DNA of 41,490 nt from assembly GCF_001194135.2 (NCBI RefSeq), contig NC_068982.1, positions 120,670,394 to 120,711,883 on the forward strand, read 5' to 3'. A program made the translations under genes and the position numbers. The notes beneath the pieces are model-generated. The model was not told the DNA's origin. It did no database searches and worked only from the letters and a program-made list of their open reading frames with translations. The stretch comes from Octopus bimaculoides (taxonomy: Eukaryota). The stretch's first letter is position 1; each line of letters begins with the position of its first letter. Below, in pieces: positions 1 to 10,131 of the stretch.

Positions 1-141
1 TAGTCATTTACATCGACCCCAATGTTTCACTGGTACTTAATTTGTCGACCCCAGCAGAATTTGAAATCAGAACGTAGCGACGGGCGAAATACCACTAAGC
101 ATTTCGTCCAGAGTGCTAAAGATTCTGCCAACTCGCCGCCT

Positions 142-142
<1 letters not shown>
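1..142 (-). mobile_element. tRNA-derived SINE (main family of this window), tail cut off by the window edge
   Basis: Reverse complement reads AAGGCGGCGAGTTGGCAGAATC...CTTAGTGGTATTTCG...TTCTGATTTCAAATTCTGC...GGGGTCGACAAATTAAGTACCAG. This matches the full copies at 8624 and 18570, with A-box-like and B-box-like motifs. Confidence 0.9.
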
Positions 143-172
<30 letters not shown>

Positions 173-790
173 AAGAAGAAGAAGAAGAAAGAGATAACAA
201 GAAGAAAAAGAAGAGAGAGAAAAAGGAGAAGAAGAAGAAGAAGAAGAAGAAGAAGAAGAAGAAGAAAAAGAAGAAGAAGAAGAAGAAGAAGAAGAAGAAG
301 AAGAAGAAGAAGAATGGATAACAAGAAGAAAAAGAAGAGGGAGAAGGAGAAGAAGAAGAAAGGGATAGCAAGAAGAAAAAGAAGAGGAAGAATAAAAAAA
401 GAAGAAGAAGAAGAAAAAGAAGAAGAAGAAAAAGAAGAGGGAGAAGGAGAAGAAGAAGAAAAGAAGAAGAAAGGGATAGCAAGAAGAAAAAGAAGAGGGA
501 GAAGGAGGAGAAGAAAAGAAGAAAGGGATAGCAAGAAGAAAAAGAAGAAGAAGAAGAAGAAGAAGAAGAAGAAGAAGAAGAAGAAGAAGAAGAAGAAGAA
601 GAAGAACAACAACAACAACAACAACAACAACAAGCGGATAACAGGAGGTGGAGGATGGAGAGGAAGAGGAGGAGAGGTGGAAAAGGAGAGGCGGAAAAGG
701 AGAGGCGGAGGAGGAAAGGGAGGAAAGGGAGGAAGAGGAGGAGGAGGAAGAAGACGAAGAAAGGGAGGAAAGGGAGAGGAGGAGGAGGAA
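143..790 (+). repeat. Compound microsatellite: interrupted (GAA)n 143-606, (CAA)n 607-633, GGA/GAA purine-rich tract to about 790
   Basis: Read directly from the sequence; it explains the poly-K/R/E and poly-F/L/S ORFs. Confidence 0.98.
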
Positions 791-869
791 TTGTTATGAA
801 TCAACAATATGAAGTAACTCTGCTATTTTTATATACAGTTTTGTTTCGAATGTTCTTTGCTCTTCGCAG

Positions 870-917
870 GTTGTTGACATGCAAATCTTGCAGTCAATTT
901 AATATTACTGAACTGAT
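870..917 (+). other. Candidate 48-nt internal coding micro-exon (LLTCKSCSQFNITEL), host gene unidentified
   Basis: Pyrimidine-rich acceptor TTCTTTGCTCTTCGCAG ends at 869 and donor GTAAGA starts at 918. Length is a multiple of 3 and only one frame is open (phase 2-2). No homology recognised. Confidence 0.3.
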
Positions 918-1085
918 GTAAGAATCTATTCACTGTCAACCAGCCTGCAAGCAATAGCAGCTAAATCTTCTTCCAGTCAGACCTTATTGAATTAAAAGTG
1001 GTACGATGCATTAAATAATATAGCCCCATGTACACTGTCTGAAATAAAAGGTGAAACAGTCACAACTGGAATACTTTTCATAATA

Positions 1086-1285
1086 CCAGGGTCGGCTGTA
1101 AAGTTCGTAGGCTGACCAATGTACTCTCACAAAATGAGACCAAATGAGGCTTATTTTCGACATAGACCCCTTGCAGTCCACGTATTTCTTCCATCGGTGT
1201 TGCAGTGATTGGATCCCATGGGTGAAGAAGCTTTCCTCCTATTGGTCAAAAAAGTCAACAACAAATATGACGTCATCATTATTGC
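1086..1285 (-). mobile_element. Mariner-type DNA transposon 3' end (transposase C-terminus plus TIR)
   Basis: Minus strand translates DDVIFVVDFFDQ*EESFFTHGIQSLQHRWKKYVDCKGVYVENK, matching the mariner C-terminal GI..L..RW.KC+...GDY+E motif. It ends in a TIR-like ...GAACTTTACAGCCGACCCTGG followed by TA at 1084-1085. Confidence 0.75.
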
Positions 1286-1287
1286 GA

Positions 1288-2470
1288 TGCTATATGATCC
1301 CGATAAGTTGCCATTTACTTTGGACACCGAACAGATATCGAAGTACATTGCAATGATCCAGCTTCTACAAAAGGTACCAAAGCCGGCCATCTCAAGGACA
1401 GCCTCCAAGTATTGATAGTTTATCCTGTCGAAAGCTTTTGACTGATGCAAATTGATCAAGTTCCTACCGATGCCAGGTTCCGTACCTACCCTTTCTAACA
1501 TGTAATACTTGAGGTAGAGGTTGTCGTGAAAAGATTTATTAGGAATAGCACATTCTGTGCTTCGCCGACCAGTTTATCCCCGGCAAACGTCAGCCTCTTG
1601 GCTAACACTTTCACGAATATCTTGTAATCAGCATTTGGCAGAGTTACGGGCTTAAAGCTATCTCTTTGGTTCCCCTTGTTTGGGTCTTTTCTCAGCAGCA
1701 TCACCTCAGCTCGACTCACAGAACTGGGAATTATCCCATTCTGCTGCCTGTTGCGGTAGTCATCTGGCAAGACATTACCGAACAAGTCAGGCATATGAAG
1801 GTAAAGCTCGAAGGGCAGACCATCCAATCCTGGAGACCTTTCCCTCGTGCAACCAATCATCGTATTACGTGTGCCTTCGGCTGTTTATCGGCATTTTGCA
1901 GAACTCCGCATCCAGGCCGAAAGCCGTGGCAGGCCATCGAGGCATGAAGTAAAATCTACCCTCATCTCCGACCCAACACGAGCCTCCTTACAGTTTGGCA
2001 AAATGCTGCTGAAATTTAGCACATATCTGTTTGGCGTCGATTAGCACAGCCCTTCCCAGCCCATGAAAACCGAATTGTGCCTTTGTTACCATGCTGCACC
2101 TCTTTCACACAGGCCCATCAAACCGCTTTCCTTCCCTCGTGTCTTAGAGCACGCACCCAATCTCTGACTGCGTAACCCTCGTGTTTGACATTGAAGAATT
2201 GATCTTGCTCCCAGCATGTCGGTTGCTATGCCTTTTCTAAGTGCATCTTCTAATTTCCTAACTAAGTCTCCCTTTATTTTCGACTTTTCTATTGCTATTT
2301 TCTACCAAACCCTAGCACCTCTACTCTAATAGCCCTTTTTCAGGGCTATTCATTATCGGTAATTGACGATTGCACCCATCAACTTTTGATGGAATAACTT
2401 GCTTACCTGGTGTCTGAATGCTTGAAGGCGGAGGACTCTGAAGTGTACTGCAACTCTCTGTTAGAGCTAG
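1288..2470 (-). mobile_element. L1/Tx1-clade LINE ORF2 fragment (linker plus N-terminal RT), copy 1, frameshifted and truncated at both ends
   Basis: Motifs RSPGLDGLPFELY, LLRKDPNKG..F+PVTL.NADYKIF.KVLA.RL, LINL.QSKAFDR+..YL and VNGNLS in ORFs 1495-1860 and 1151-1501. Confidence 0.9.
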
Positions 2471-2597
2471 CCTTGTCAACGTTTTATTTTTCAATTTGAG
2501 TTCTTGTCCAACATTAGATTTCTATATATTGCATCCGTATGGCTTCTTGAGAGGAGTGAGTGCCTGACAACATTCCAGATGTCAGGCGCCTATAATA

Positions 2598-2846
2598 GTA
2601 ATCCTTTCTACAGTAGGCACAAGGCTTGAGATTTGGGGGAGGGGGCTAGCCAAATCCATAAATCTAGAAGGAGAAAGCAAGTCGATTACATCGATCCCAG
2701 TGCTTATGGTACTAATTTTATCGAACCCAAAAGGATGAAAGATAAATTCAACCTCAACTGAACTTGGACTCAGAACGTAAAAAACGGAGAAAATACTGCT
2801 AAGCATTTTGTATGGCTTGCTAACGGTTCTCTCAGCTCGCTGCCTC
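2598..2846 (-). mobile_element. tRNA-derived SINE, main family, A-type tail, diverged
   Basis: Head GAGGCAGCGAGCTGAGAGAACCGTTAGC, core TTTCATCCTTTTGGGTTCGATAAAATTAGTACC, tail CCCCCAAATCTCAAGCCTTGTGCCTACTGTAGAAAG on the minus strand. Confidence 0.85.
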
Positions 2847-2898
<52 letters not shown>

Positions 2899-2915
2899 TT
2901 AATAATAATAATAAT
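2847..2915 (+). repeat. (AAT)n microsatellite
   Basis: Read directly; it lies between the Tx1 copy 2 3' end and a SINE head. Confidence 0.98.
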
Positions 2916-4945
2916 ATGTTTTTATTTTCCATAAGGGTTGACAGAAATGCAGAGCAATACAGTGCTGAAATATATGAAAACAAAGCGTATACATAAGAGA
3001 AATGACTAAAAACTAAATGCAAAAAACAAAAATTTCGAACAAAGAAAATTCTTCCATATGGGGGAGACGAGGGCTATTTGTGAAGACCCTTCAAGAACCA
3101 TGTGGTTTTTCAGTTGTCTTTAGCCAATCCAGAGGTGCGTGCTTAGAGCAAGCACGTTATTTTCATCTACCTTCCCACAATTTCATTGGGAAGCAGCACT
3201 TCCTCGGCATCCTCATTTTTTTTTTTTTTTGCTTTCAAGTGAATGAGGGATTGTCCAAAGAAGACGATGTCTGCCTTCAGCCCTTTGAATCTCATCCACC
3301 ACACAACCTCTCTCGCCGAAGTCACCAGTGATTTAAAACTACTTTCCCTTTTTGACCAAAGAAAGGTAACAGAACGACCTTTCTAAAGAGGCTTAGCTGA
3401 TAGTCGGATCCTCTTTACACGTATTGGCAATTGTTTTACATATCTATACGGGTCACCAATATTTAGGTGCTGGACGAGCACGTGCAGACATTTTTGGTTG
3501 TCCTGCTTACACCTTGGATTGGCCCGACTGACTACACTTCTGTGTCTGCAGAGTTTATCTCGCACCAGCAATATGCACCCACTTAACTCGATTCTGAAAA
3601 TTATTCATGGACCTCGTTTCCAAAAGTCCTCTGAAACAGATTAGCCAGTTGATTTTCATCGATTCTTAGATTTTAACTGAGTAAGTTGTCGTTTTTTCCA
3701 TCACTAATCATTTATAGAACACTGGCCTAGAGCTTTCACCGCATTATCCAACTGCTAGAAAGCTGTGAACGTTTGGCAATATTCCGGAGGCCAAACGTTC
3801 TGTTTCCGTCTTTAAGTAACTTCGGACTGCAGCTCTGTCAAAAGTTGTGATAAAAAGCGTTTGACAATCGTTGAACACCCCTGTTCGTCATGAGAGAAAA
3901 AACAGGAGACATCGCAGCCTTTGCGCATGCCAGCGCATTAACAGCCACGATCTGCCCAATCCTCTATTCGGTGGGTGTGACCAGTGGAACACAACTCTTC
4001 CACTGAAAGCAGAAGAACAGACACTGCAATCCGCTCAGACGCCAGCTAGAGTAGAGCACAGCGATCAGTCGGTAATATATGTTGGAGGCGATGTAGCCCT
4101 TCGTCACCTCTGCCTTACCTTATATGGATAGCTTCCGAGGAAGACTGGCTACCCTGCTTGTCACTTCTTTACCTGGAGATCTAGACCAAACCAGAAACCG
4201 AGCAATTCAACTGGTCCGTCTGCACAGTCCCCCAAACTGCTGCTGCTGCTGATGCTGGGCGACATGGACCAGCTTCTCCAAGTACCGAACTGAAAGGCCC
4301 ACAAACTTCGCGTCGTTGATTTTGACTCTTGCGATCACTTCGTGGTCCCTTAGAGCTGCCTTGATCACCTTAATATGCATAATGCCTTACAATATGACAG
4401 TAACCTCTTTTTCCACATCTTAGTTTGTGTAGGATGTTATTCAATTGCTCTAGTTATCGCAGTAGTGGGACTGTAGATACAGAACAAACTAGATGAGAGT
4501 ATGGGACAAAATAGAATAATTACTAAAGGCGGCCATCATCCTAACCAGTGAATAGATATCGCTCACTAGTTAGTCGCTATCGAACTGCAGAAAAAGGGAC
4601 CAAAACCGGTCGCCATAAGGACAGCCACCAAGTATTGATGATCGAGCTGATCGAAAGCTTTTGATTGATCTCAATTGATCAGGGATCCACCGTTGCCCGT
4701 GTTCCTTATCCACCCACTCTATGATATATATATCACATGAAATAGATAGTTTGAGATGGTGCATGTTTGCGCATTCCTATTCAGATCATCGACGGCAATT
4801 GCTAATTTATTGGATAGTGCCTTGGCAAAAATTTTGAAATTCAAGTTTAACAGAGTTATGGGCCGAAAATTGTCAATGTGATCTTTTTTGTTGGGGGTCT
4901 TTTCTCAGCATCTCCACGCTGTCCCTATCTCCTGGTTCTATCTAG
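2915..4945 (-). mobile_element. L1/Tx1-clade LINE copy 2: 5'-truncated ORF2 (RT, C-terminal zinc knuckle) plus apparent 3' UTR and terminus; RT segment about 4380-4530 not recognisable
   Basis: KDP.K..+DNFRP and RSIKSFRS (decayed SKAFDR region) at 4600-4920; DGPVELLGFWFG at about 4200. The decayed CCHC knuckle VRDKLCRH..VSRANPRCKQ...LHVLVQH is at 3383-3571 and AREVVWWMRFKGL at about 3300. A pyrimidine-rich UTR ends CCCTTATGGAAAATAAAAACATA(TTA)n. Confidence 0.8.
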
Positions 4946-4999
4946 CTTGCCCCCAGTTTGAAGTTTTCTCACATTAGTATAAAAAGACTTTAATATTTT

Positions 5000-5380
5000 A
5001 TATGTAATCACGTCTAACTTTTGTTAGATAGCATCTGCCTTACATACGAGTATAATCAGAAAGTCACCGGCAACAATGAGTATAATATAGGAAATTACAC
5101 ACTGACAGACAAATATTAAGGAAACAACCAGACATAAAAATGCATTACTGTGATTGATGCCATACCTTGTGAACAGAAACATATCGATCAAGGAGACATT
5201 GAGAATTATCTAAATATAAAGAAGTATAAATCGAAGCGATAAGGATGTGAAAATATATATAAATGTGGTCTCACAGCAATAGGAGATCCAGAGACAGTGA
5301 ATGAGGAAATGACCGCTCCATCATGGAATCCCTAACCTAATAACTGCAGGAAATACCTCGTTCATGAAAATCACATTCAT
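5000..5380 (+). mobile_element. Decayed 3' fragment of an RLE-encoding (R4/Dong-like) non-LTR retrotransposon
   Basis: Decayed translation gives HTDRQI..+.PDI...C+.+D.+P....+...E...KYK....E.+RM*...G. This parallels the RLE domain at 40140-40400. Confidence 0.55.
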
Positions 5381-5689
5381 TTCGTTGTTGTTGTTGTTGT
5401 TGTTGTGTGTAGTCGTTGTTTTTGCTCTTGTCGTTGATGTTGCTATTGTGTTAGTTTTTGTGTAAACCAGTGTCAGCTCTAATCTGGCAAACTTATATAT
5501 CAAGCACGTAGACGGCCAGCTAACACGATACAAAGAATCACTGAGTTCTAGGTTGCTCTGTATGTTTCTATCGGTCAAATTACCGTCGTTCTACTATGAT
5601 ACCAGTTGTTTTCACCCCATCTTCAAGTACATTTTACCCAGGGCTCTATTATCCAATGCGTTCAGACAGAGCATTAAAAAAAGTAGATC

Positions 5690-5765
5690 GGTAGATAGAT
5701 AGATAGATAGACAGATAGATAGATAGATAGATGGATGGATGGATGGATGGATGGATGGATGGATG
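5690..5765 (+). repeat. (GATA)n/(GATG)n compound microsatellite
   Basis: Read directly. Confidence 0.97.
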
Positions 5766-6547
5766 ATGTGGCGGGGTTGGAACAGGGTGTAACGTCTTTT
5801 ACCATGGGAATTGTCCATGTCCTATTATTGACACATATGTCCCTGTAATGTTCCCACCCCATTGTATCGTTGAATATTTACGCCATCACCACAAGACTAT
5901 AATCTCACTCCATCACGGAAATGCATACTAACAATAAAGGAGTCTCTACCAGTTCATTCAATAGGCTAGAATCAGCAGCTAAATATTTCTGAAATCACAT
6001 TCCACCGACTTAAGTGAGGAAATAATACATCAGACAACGTGCGCCTATATGGCCCCAAAAATATGGGATGGCCTTGGCAAAAATGCATTTGATTATAGAT
6101 CTGATCGATCAAGATTAACTCAGGGTTATGTTTAACCCTTAAAAACAACAAGAGCAGCAAAAATACTTCTGAATTATACGACTGCTCACGACCGTGACAA
6201 CAACTCTTTAGTGATATTCTGTTACAGTTATTCTGAACTGAGTTATCAGTCTCTGAAATATTTTGTTAGGGTACTAAAATCTTCCTACAAACCCTGTAAT
6301 TATATTGCACCCACTTCCTAAAGCTGAAGTGCCTCTTGCCGTCATGAACACTGCTTGGTTATGAGCTAGTTAATGTTTAGTTCCTGATTGCATGAAACAA
6401 TGTGAATATGTGCCCATGAATCTGTTTCTATTAGTATGTCACTGAGTGGAACAAAAGAGAGCCATAAGCCACCATAGCAGACATGACTTCAATGCTCTAT
6501 AAAAGAGTTATGAGTACAATATATTTACTCATTAATAGATCGGTAGT

Positions 6548-6919
6548 CAGTGGAGGCGCAATGGCCCAGTGGTTAGGGCAGCGGACTCGCGGTCATAGGA
6601 CCACGGTTTCGATTCCCAGACCGGGCGTTGTGAGTGTTTATTGAGCGAAAACACCTAAAGCTCCACGAGGCTCCGGCAGGAGATGGTGGCGAACGCTGTT
6701 GTACTCTTTCACCACAACTTTCTCTTACTTTCTGTTTCTGTTGTGCATGTAATTCAAAGGGTCAGCCTTGTCACGCTGAATATCCCCGAGAACTACGTTA
6801 AGGGTACACGTGTCTGTGGAGTGCTCAGCCACTTGCACGTTAATTTCACGAGCAGGTTGTTCGTTGATCGGATCAACTGGAACCCTCGACGTCGTAAGCG
6901 ACGGAGTGCCAACAACAAC
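6548..6919 (+). mobile_element. Full-length tRNA-derived SINE (second family) with (AAC)3 tail and perfect 10-bp TSD
   Basis: A box TGGCCCAGTGG and B box GGTTTCGATTCC. GATCGGTAGT is duplicated at 6538-6547 and 6920-6929. The 3' ~170 bp are shared with the SINE at 34327-34650. Confidence 0.92.
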
Positions 6920-7635
6920 GATCGGTAGTTTTTTTTTGTGTGTATTTTTTTATTAGTCATAAAAAAACAACAAAGTATGGCCCGTTTAACTAAACGTAAT
7001 TCATGTTTGATGCACAATTTTGCAATTATGGAGGAATGAACGGTAATACCCATCATCTTTCAGGGAATGGACACTGAAAGTAGAAGCCTTAAATTATATA
7101 ATACAAATCATTTGGTTCGTCATTTTTTTTTTTCACAACTCGCTGTTCTTGCATGTCGCGAAATTAAATTCAATATCCAATTTAAACAAATATGAAGTCT
7201 ACTGGTCACTGCTACAAATCACTTATTGAAGGAACAACAAATTTACCAAACAGTAAAATTTCTTAGAAAAGATATATTGAACACAGAAATCGGTTACCAA
7301 GGGAGGCGTGAGGTTCTCCAATGAAACGTAACGAATTAATTCAAGTAGAAACTTAAATACTGCAAGAACATTGAATCTAAAACGTCTTTCTAATATGCAG
7401 AAGCAGGTTCATTACGAAAGAGCCAGCACTTAGACGCCTTTGATTTCAGCATTAAAATAAACTATAAAGCAACAATAGCCAAAATAAAAACAGTTTTGGT
7501 CATTGCCGGCTAGTGTTCGTTCACATATATAAACAGAGAAACGAAAATAAATACAAGTTTCTTACCAGACAACGACGAAATCACTTGCATAAAGGTTAGC
7601 ATTGTTACTGTGCATCGTTTTATTTCTCCTCCCCT

Positions 7636-7729
7636 TCTCTCTCTCTCTCTCTCTCTGTTTACTTTTTTCTTTTTTCTTTCTTTCTCTCTCTCTCTCTCTC
7701 TCTCTCTGTTTACTTTTTTCTTTTTTCTT

Positions 7730-7798
<69 letters not shown>
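7636..7798 (+). repeat. (CT)n microsatellite with a duplicated ~50-bp CT/T-rich unit
   Basis: Read directly; CTCTGTTTACTTTTTTCTTTTTTCTTTC occurs twice. Confidence 0.95.
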
Positions 7799-7800
<2 letters not shown>

Positions 7801-8129
7801 TACGCTCTCTTCGCTTTACTCTATTTACTCTAACCCACCATTTTATTAATCCCATTATTTTTCTTTATACTCACACCATAGCTTCACAAGTTTACACTGC
7901 CTCTCTCCACCAACTTCACATGCATTTTCTCAGTGACTGACTCTTCATGTCTCTACTCTCCACTTCATATTCCTACCTTCGCACTTAAAATCTCTAAGTT
8001 CATTGTCTATATCCTCCTCATATCTCTATCTCCCACAAATACCTCTTTCTCTGTCCAATCACCTTTTCTCCTTTCACTCTAATATTCCACCCCACTGTAC
8101 TTCCAACAAACAACAACAATAACGATAAT

Positions 8130-8545
8130 TTCTAATATAGACACAGAGTCGCACTTATTCACCCCAGTACTTGAAGACTGACTCTTTTGTCGATCATGAT
8201 AAGAAGTTAACTTCGACAAGGTTTGAACTCACCACATAAGTGGATATAACTAGTTATAGGGTATTTTGTTGTTGATCTAGTGTTTCTACCATTAACAGAA
8301 CTAGATATTGAATACAGCCCAAAACCTACATTAGGGAAGGAGTTAGATTAACTGAACCACAGTGTATGACCATTTCTAATTTTATGACCCGTTGATACTT
8401 GAACTAAAAAAAGCAAAGGGACACACCTAAGTACCTTAAAGCATTTTCTTTTCGTCACACTGTCGATTCCTTAAAGGTATTTGAACTCAGGTCTTGGAGA
8501 GTTGGAACGTATACTGCAGGGAATTTTATGCAACGCTCTATTACT
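8130..8545 (-). mobile_element. Two highly decayed main-family SINE copies
   Basis: Remnants CCCCAGTACTTGA...GTCGATC...TTTGAACTCA and ATTTGAACTCAG...ATACTGCAGGGAATTTTATGCAACGCTCTA resemble the minus-strand consensus. Confidence 0.55.
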
Positions 8546-8554
8546 AATTCAGAC

Positions 8555-9060
8555 AAAGCGGAGAGCTTGTAGAATCGTTAGAGCACCCGCGAGCTGGCAG
8601 AATCGTTAGCTGTCAGAATCGTCAAGGCGGCGAGCTGGCAGAATCGTTAGCACGCCTGGCGAAATGCTTAGTGGTATTTCGTCTGTCTTTACGTTCTGAG
8701 TTCAAATTCCGCCGAGGTCGACTTTGCCTTTCATCTTTTCGGGGTCGATAAATTAAGTACCAGTTACGCACTGGGATCGATGTAATCTACTTAATCCCTT
8801 TGTCTGACCTTGTTTGTCCCCTCTATGTTTAGCCCCTTGTGGGCAATAAAGGAATAAGAATCGTTAGAACACCCGACAAAATATTGAGTGGCGATTCTTC
8901 TAGCATTACGTTCTGAGTTCAATTTACATCAATTTTGCCTTTTATCCAATGAAATGAGTACCAGGTAAACATTGGGGACAATGTAATCGAGTGGTCTCTT
9001 CCCCCACCCAAATAATCAGGTCTTGTGCCCGTAGCCGGTAATTTGGAAGAATGATTATTA
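8555..9060 (+). mobile_element. Old A-tail SINE (8555-8589 plus 8858-9060) interrupted by a young B-tail SINE
   Basis: Host head AAAGCGGAGAGCTTGTAGAATCGTTAG. The host resumes at 8858 and ends in an A tail (CCCCCACCAAATAATCAGGTCTTGTGCC). Confidence 0.85.
8590..8857 (+). mobile_element. Young B-tail SINE (full-length unit 8624-8857) with 18-bp TSD
   Basis: Near-consensus copy ending TTAATCCCTTTGTCTG...AGCCCCTTGTGGGCAATAAAGGAATAA. Flanked by GAATCGTTAGAGCACCCG (8572-8589) and GAATCGTTAGAACACCCG (8858-8875). Confidence 0.9.
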
Positions 9061-10131
9061 GTTGACACCAAGAACCCTAGTATTTTTACTGACATTTTAC
9101 TTTATCGACCACCAAAGAATGAAAGGCAAAGCTGACTTGGGTGGTATTCGAACTCAGCACGTAACAAGCTGGAAGAAATACCGCAAAACATTTCCTCCAA
9201 CACTCTAACGATTCTGTCAGCCCGCCACCTTAGCACCTTTAATAATAAGAACCCTTTCTACTCTCGGTACAAGGCCCGAAATTTTTGGGAAGGGGGCCAA
9301 TCGATTAGATCGACCCCAGTACTTCACTGGTACTTAATTTATCGACCCCGAAAGGAAGAAAGGCAAAGTCAACCTCGACGGAATTTGAATTCAGAACATA
9401 GCGACGGGCGAAATATCGCTGAGCAATTTACCCGGCGTGCTAACAATTCTGCCAAGCCCGCCCACCCTGACAACGACAACAACAACAACAGCAACAACTG
9501 ATTCTAATTTAAGTACATAGCCAGAGGTGGTTGTTAGCCGATACCAAGAACTCCAATACTTGGCTGATACTCTATTTTATCAACCCTGGAGGGATGAAAG
9601 TCAAAGGTGACTTTGGTGGAATTTGAACTCAGAATGTAAAGAGCAAAAAGAAATACCAGCAACACCGGCGTTCTGACAATTCTGCTAATCCACCACCCTT
9701 AAGAATGATAATGATGTCTGACTCAGCACAAGGCCTGAAATTTTGAGGAAGGGGACAAATCGACTCGATCGACCCCAGTATTTGGCTTCTATGTTGTCCA
9801 CTCTCGAAAAGATGGAAGCAAAGTTGACTTCGGCGAGATTTGAATTCGGGACATAAAGGGGCCGGAACGAATGCGATAATGCTTTCTTCTGATGCTCTAA
9901 CGCGATTCTGTCAGCAGACCTCCTTAAGTAAGAGTTTCAAATTTTAACATAAGTCCACCAAATTTTGAGGAGGGAACAACTCGATTACATCAGCCAAAAT
10001 ATTTGACTGGAACTTCTACTTCATTGACTCCACTGAAAGGCAAAGTCGTTGACCTCGGCAGAATTTGAACACAAAACGTAAAGAACCGAAAGAAATATCG
10101 CTAAGCATTTTATGCAATGTTGTAACGATTC
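9050..10131 (-). mobile_element. Head-to-tail array of five diverged A-tail SINEs separated by short microsatellite spacers
   Basis: Units at about 9050-9231, 9241-9467, 9500-9700, 9715-9925 and 9930-10131. Each has head, B-box and core motifs. The fifth lacks its first ~17 nt because a B-tail unit abuts it. Confidence 0.85.

Noticed and set aside
67-807. Long ORFs of 228-246 aa
   Set aside because: They are translations of (GAA)/(CAA)/(GGA) microsatellites with no real coding signal.
1151-1501. 116-aa ORF as a single RT-like gene
   Set aside because: It is a chimera: Tx1 RT down to about 1288, fused to a mariner 3' end read out of frame.
2561-2590. GC-rich 8-bp hairpin resembling a Helitron 3' end
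   Set aside because: No CTRR terminus at the expected distance on either strand, and no TC 5' partner was found.
6548-6625. Possible tRNA gene (also the heads at 8624, 18570 and 32152)
   Set aside because: A and B boxes are present, but the sequence continues into SINE body and tail with a TSD. No proper acceptor stem was found.
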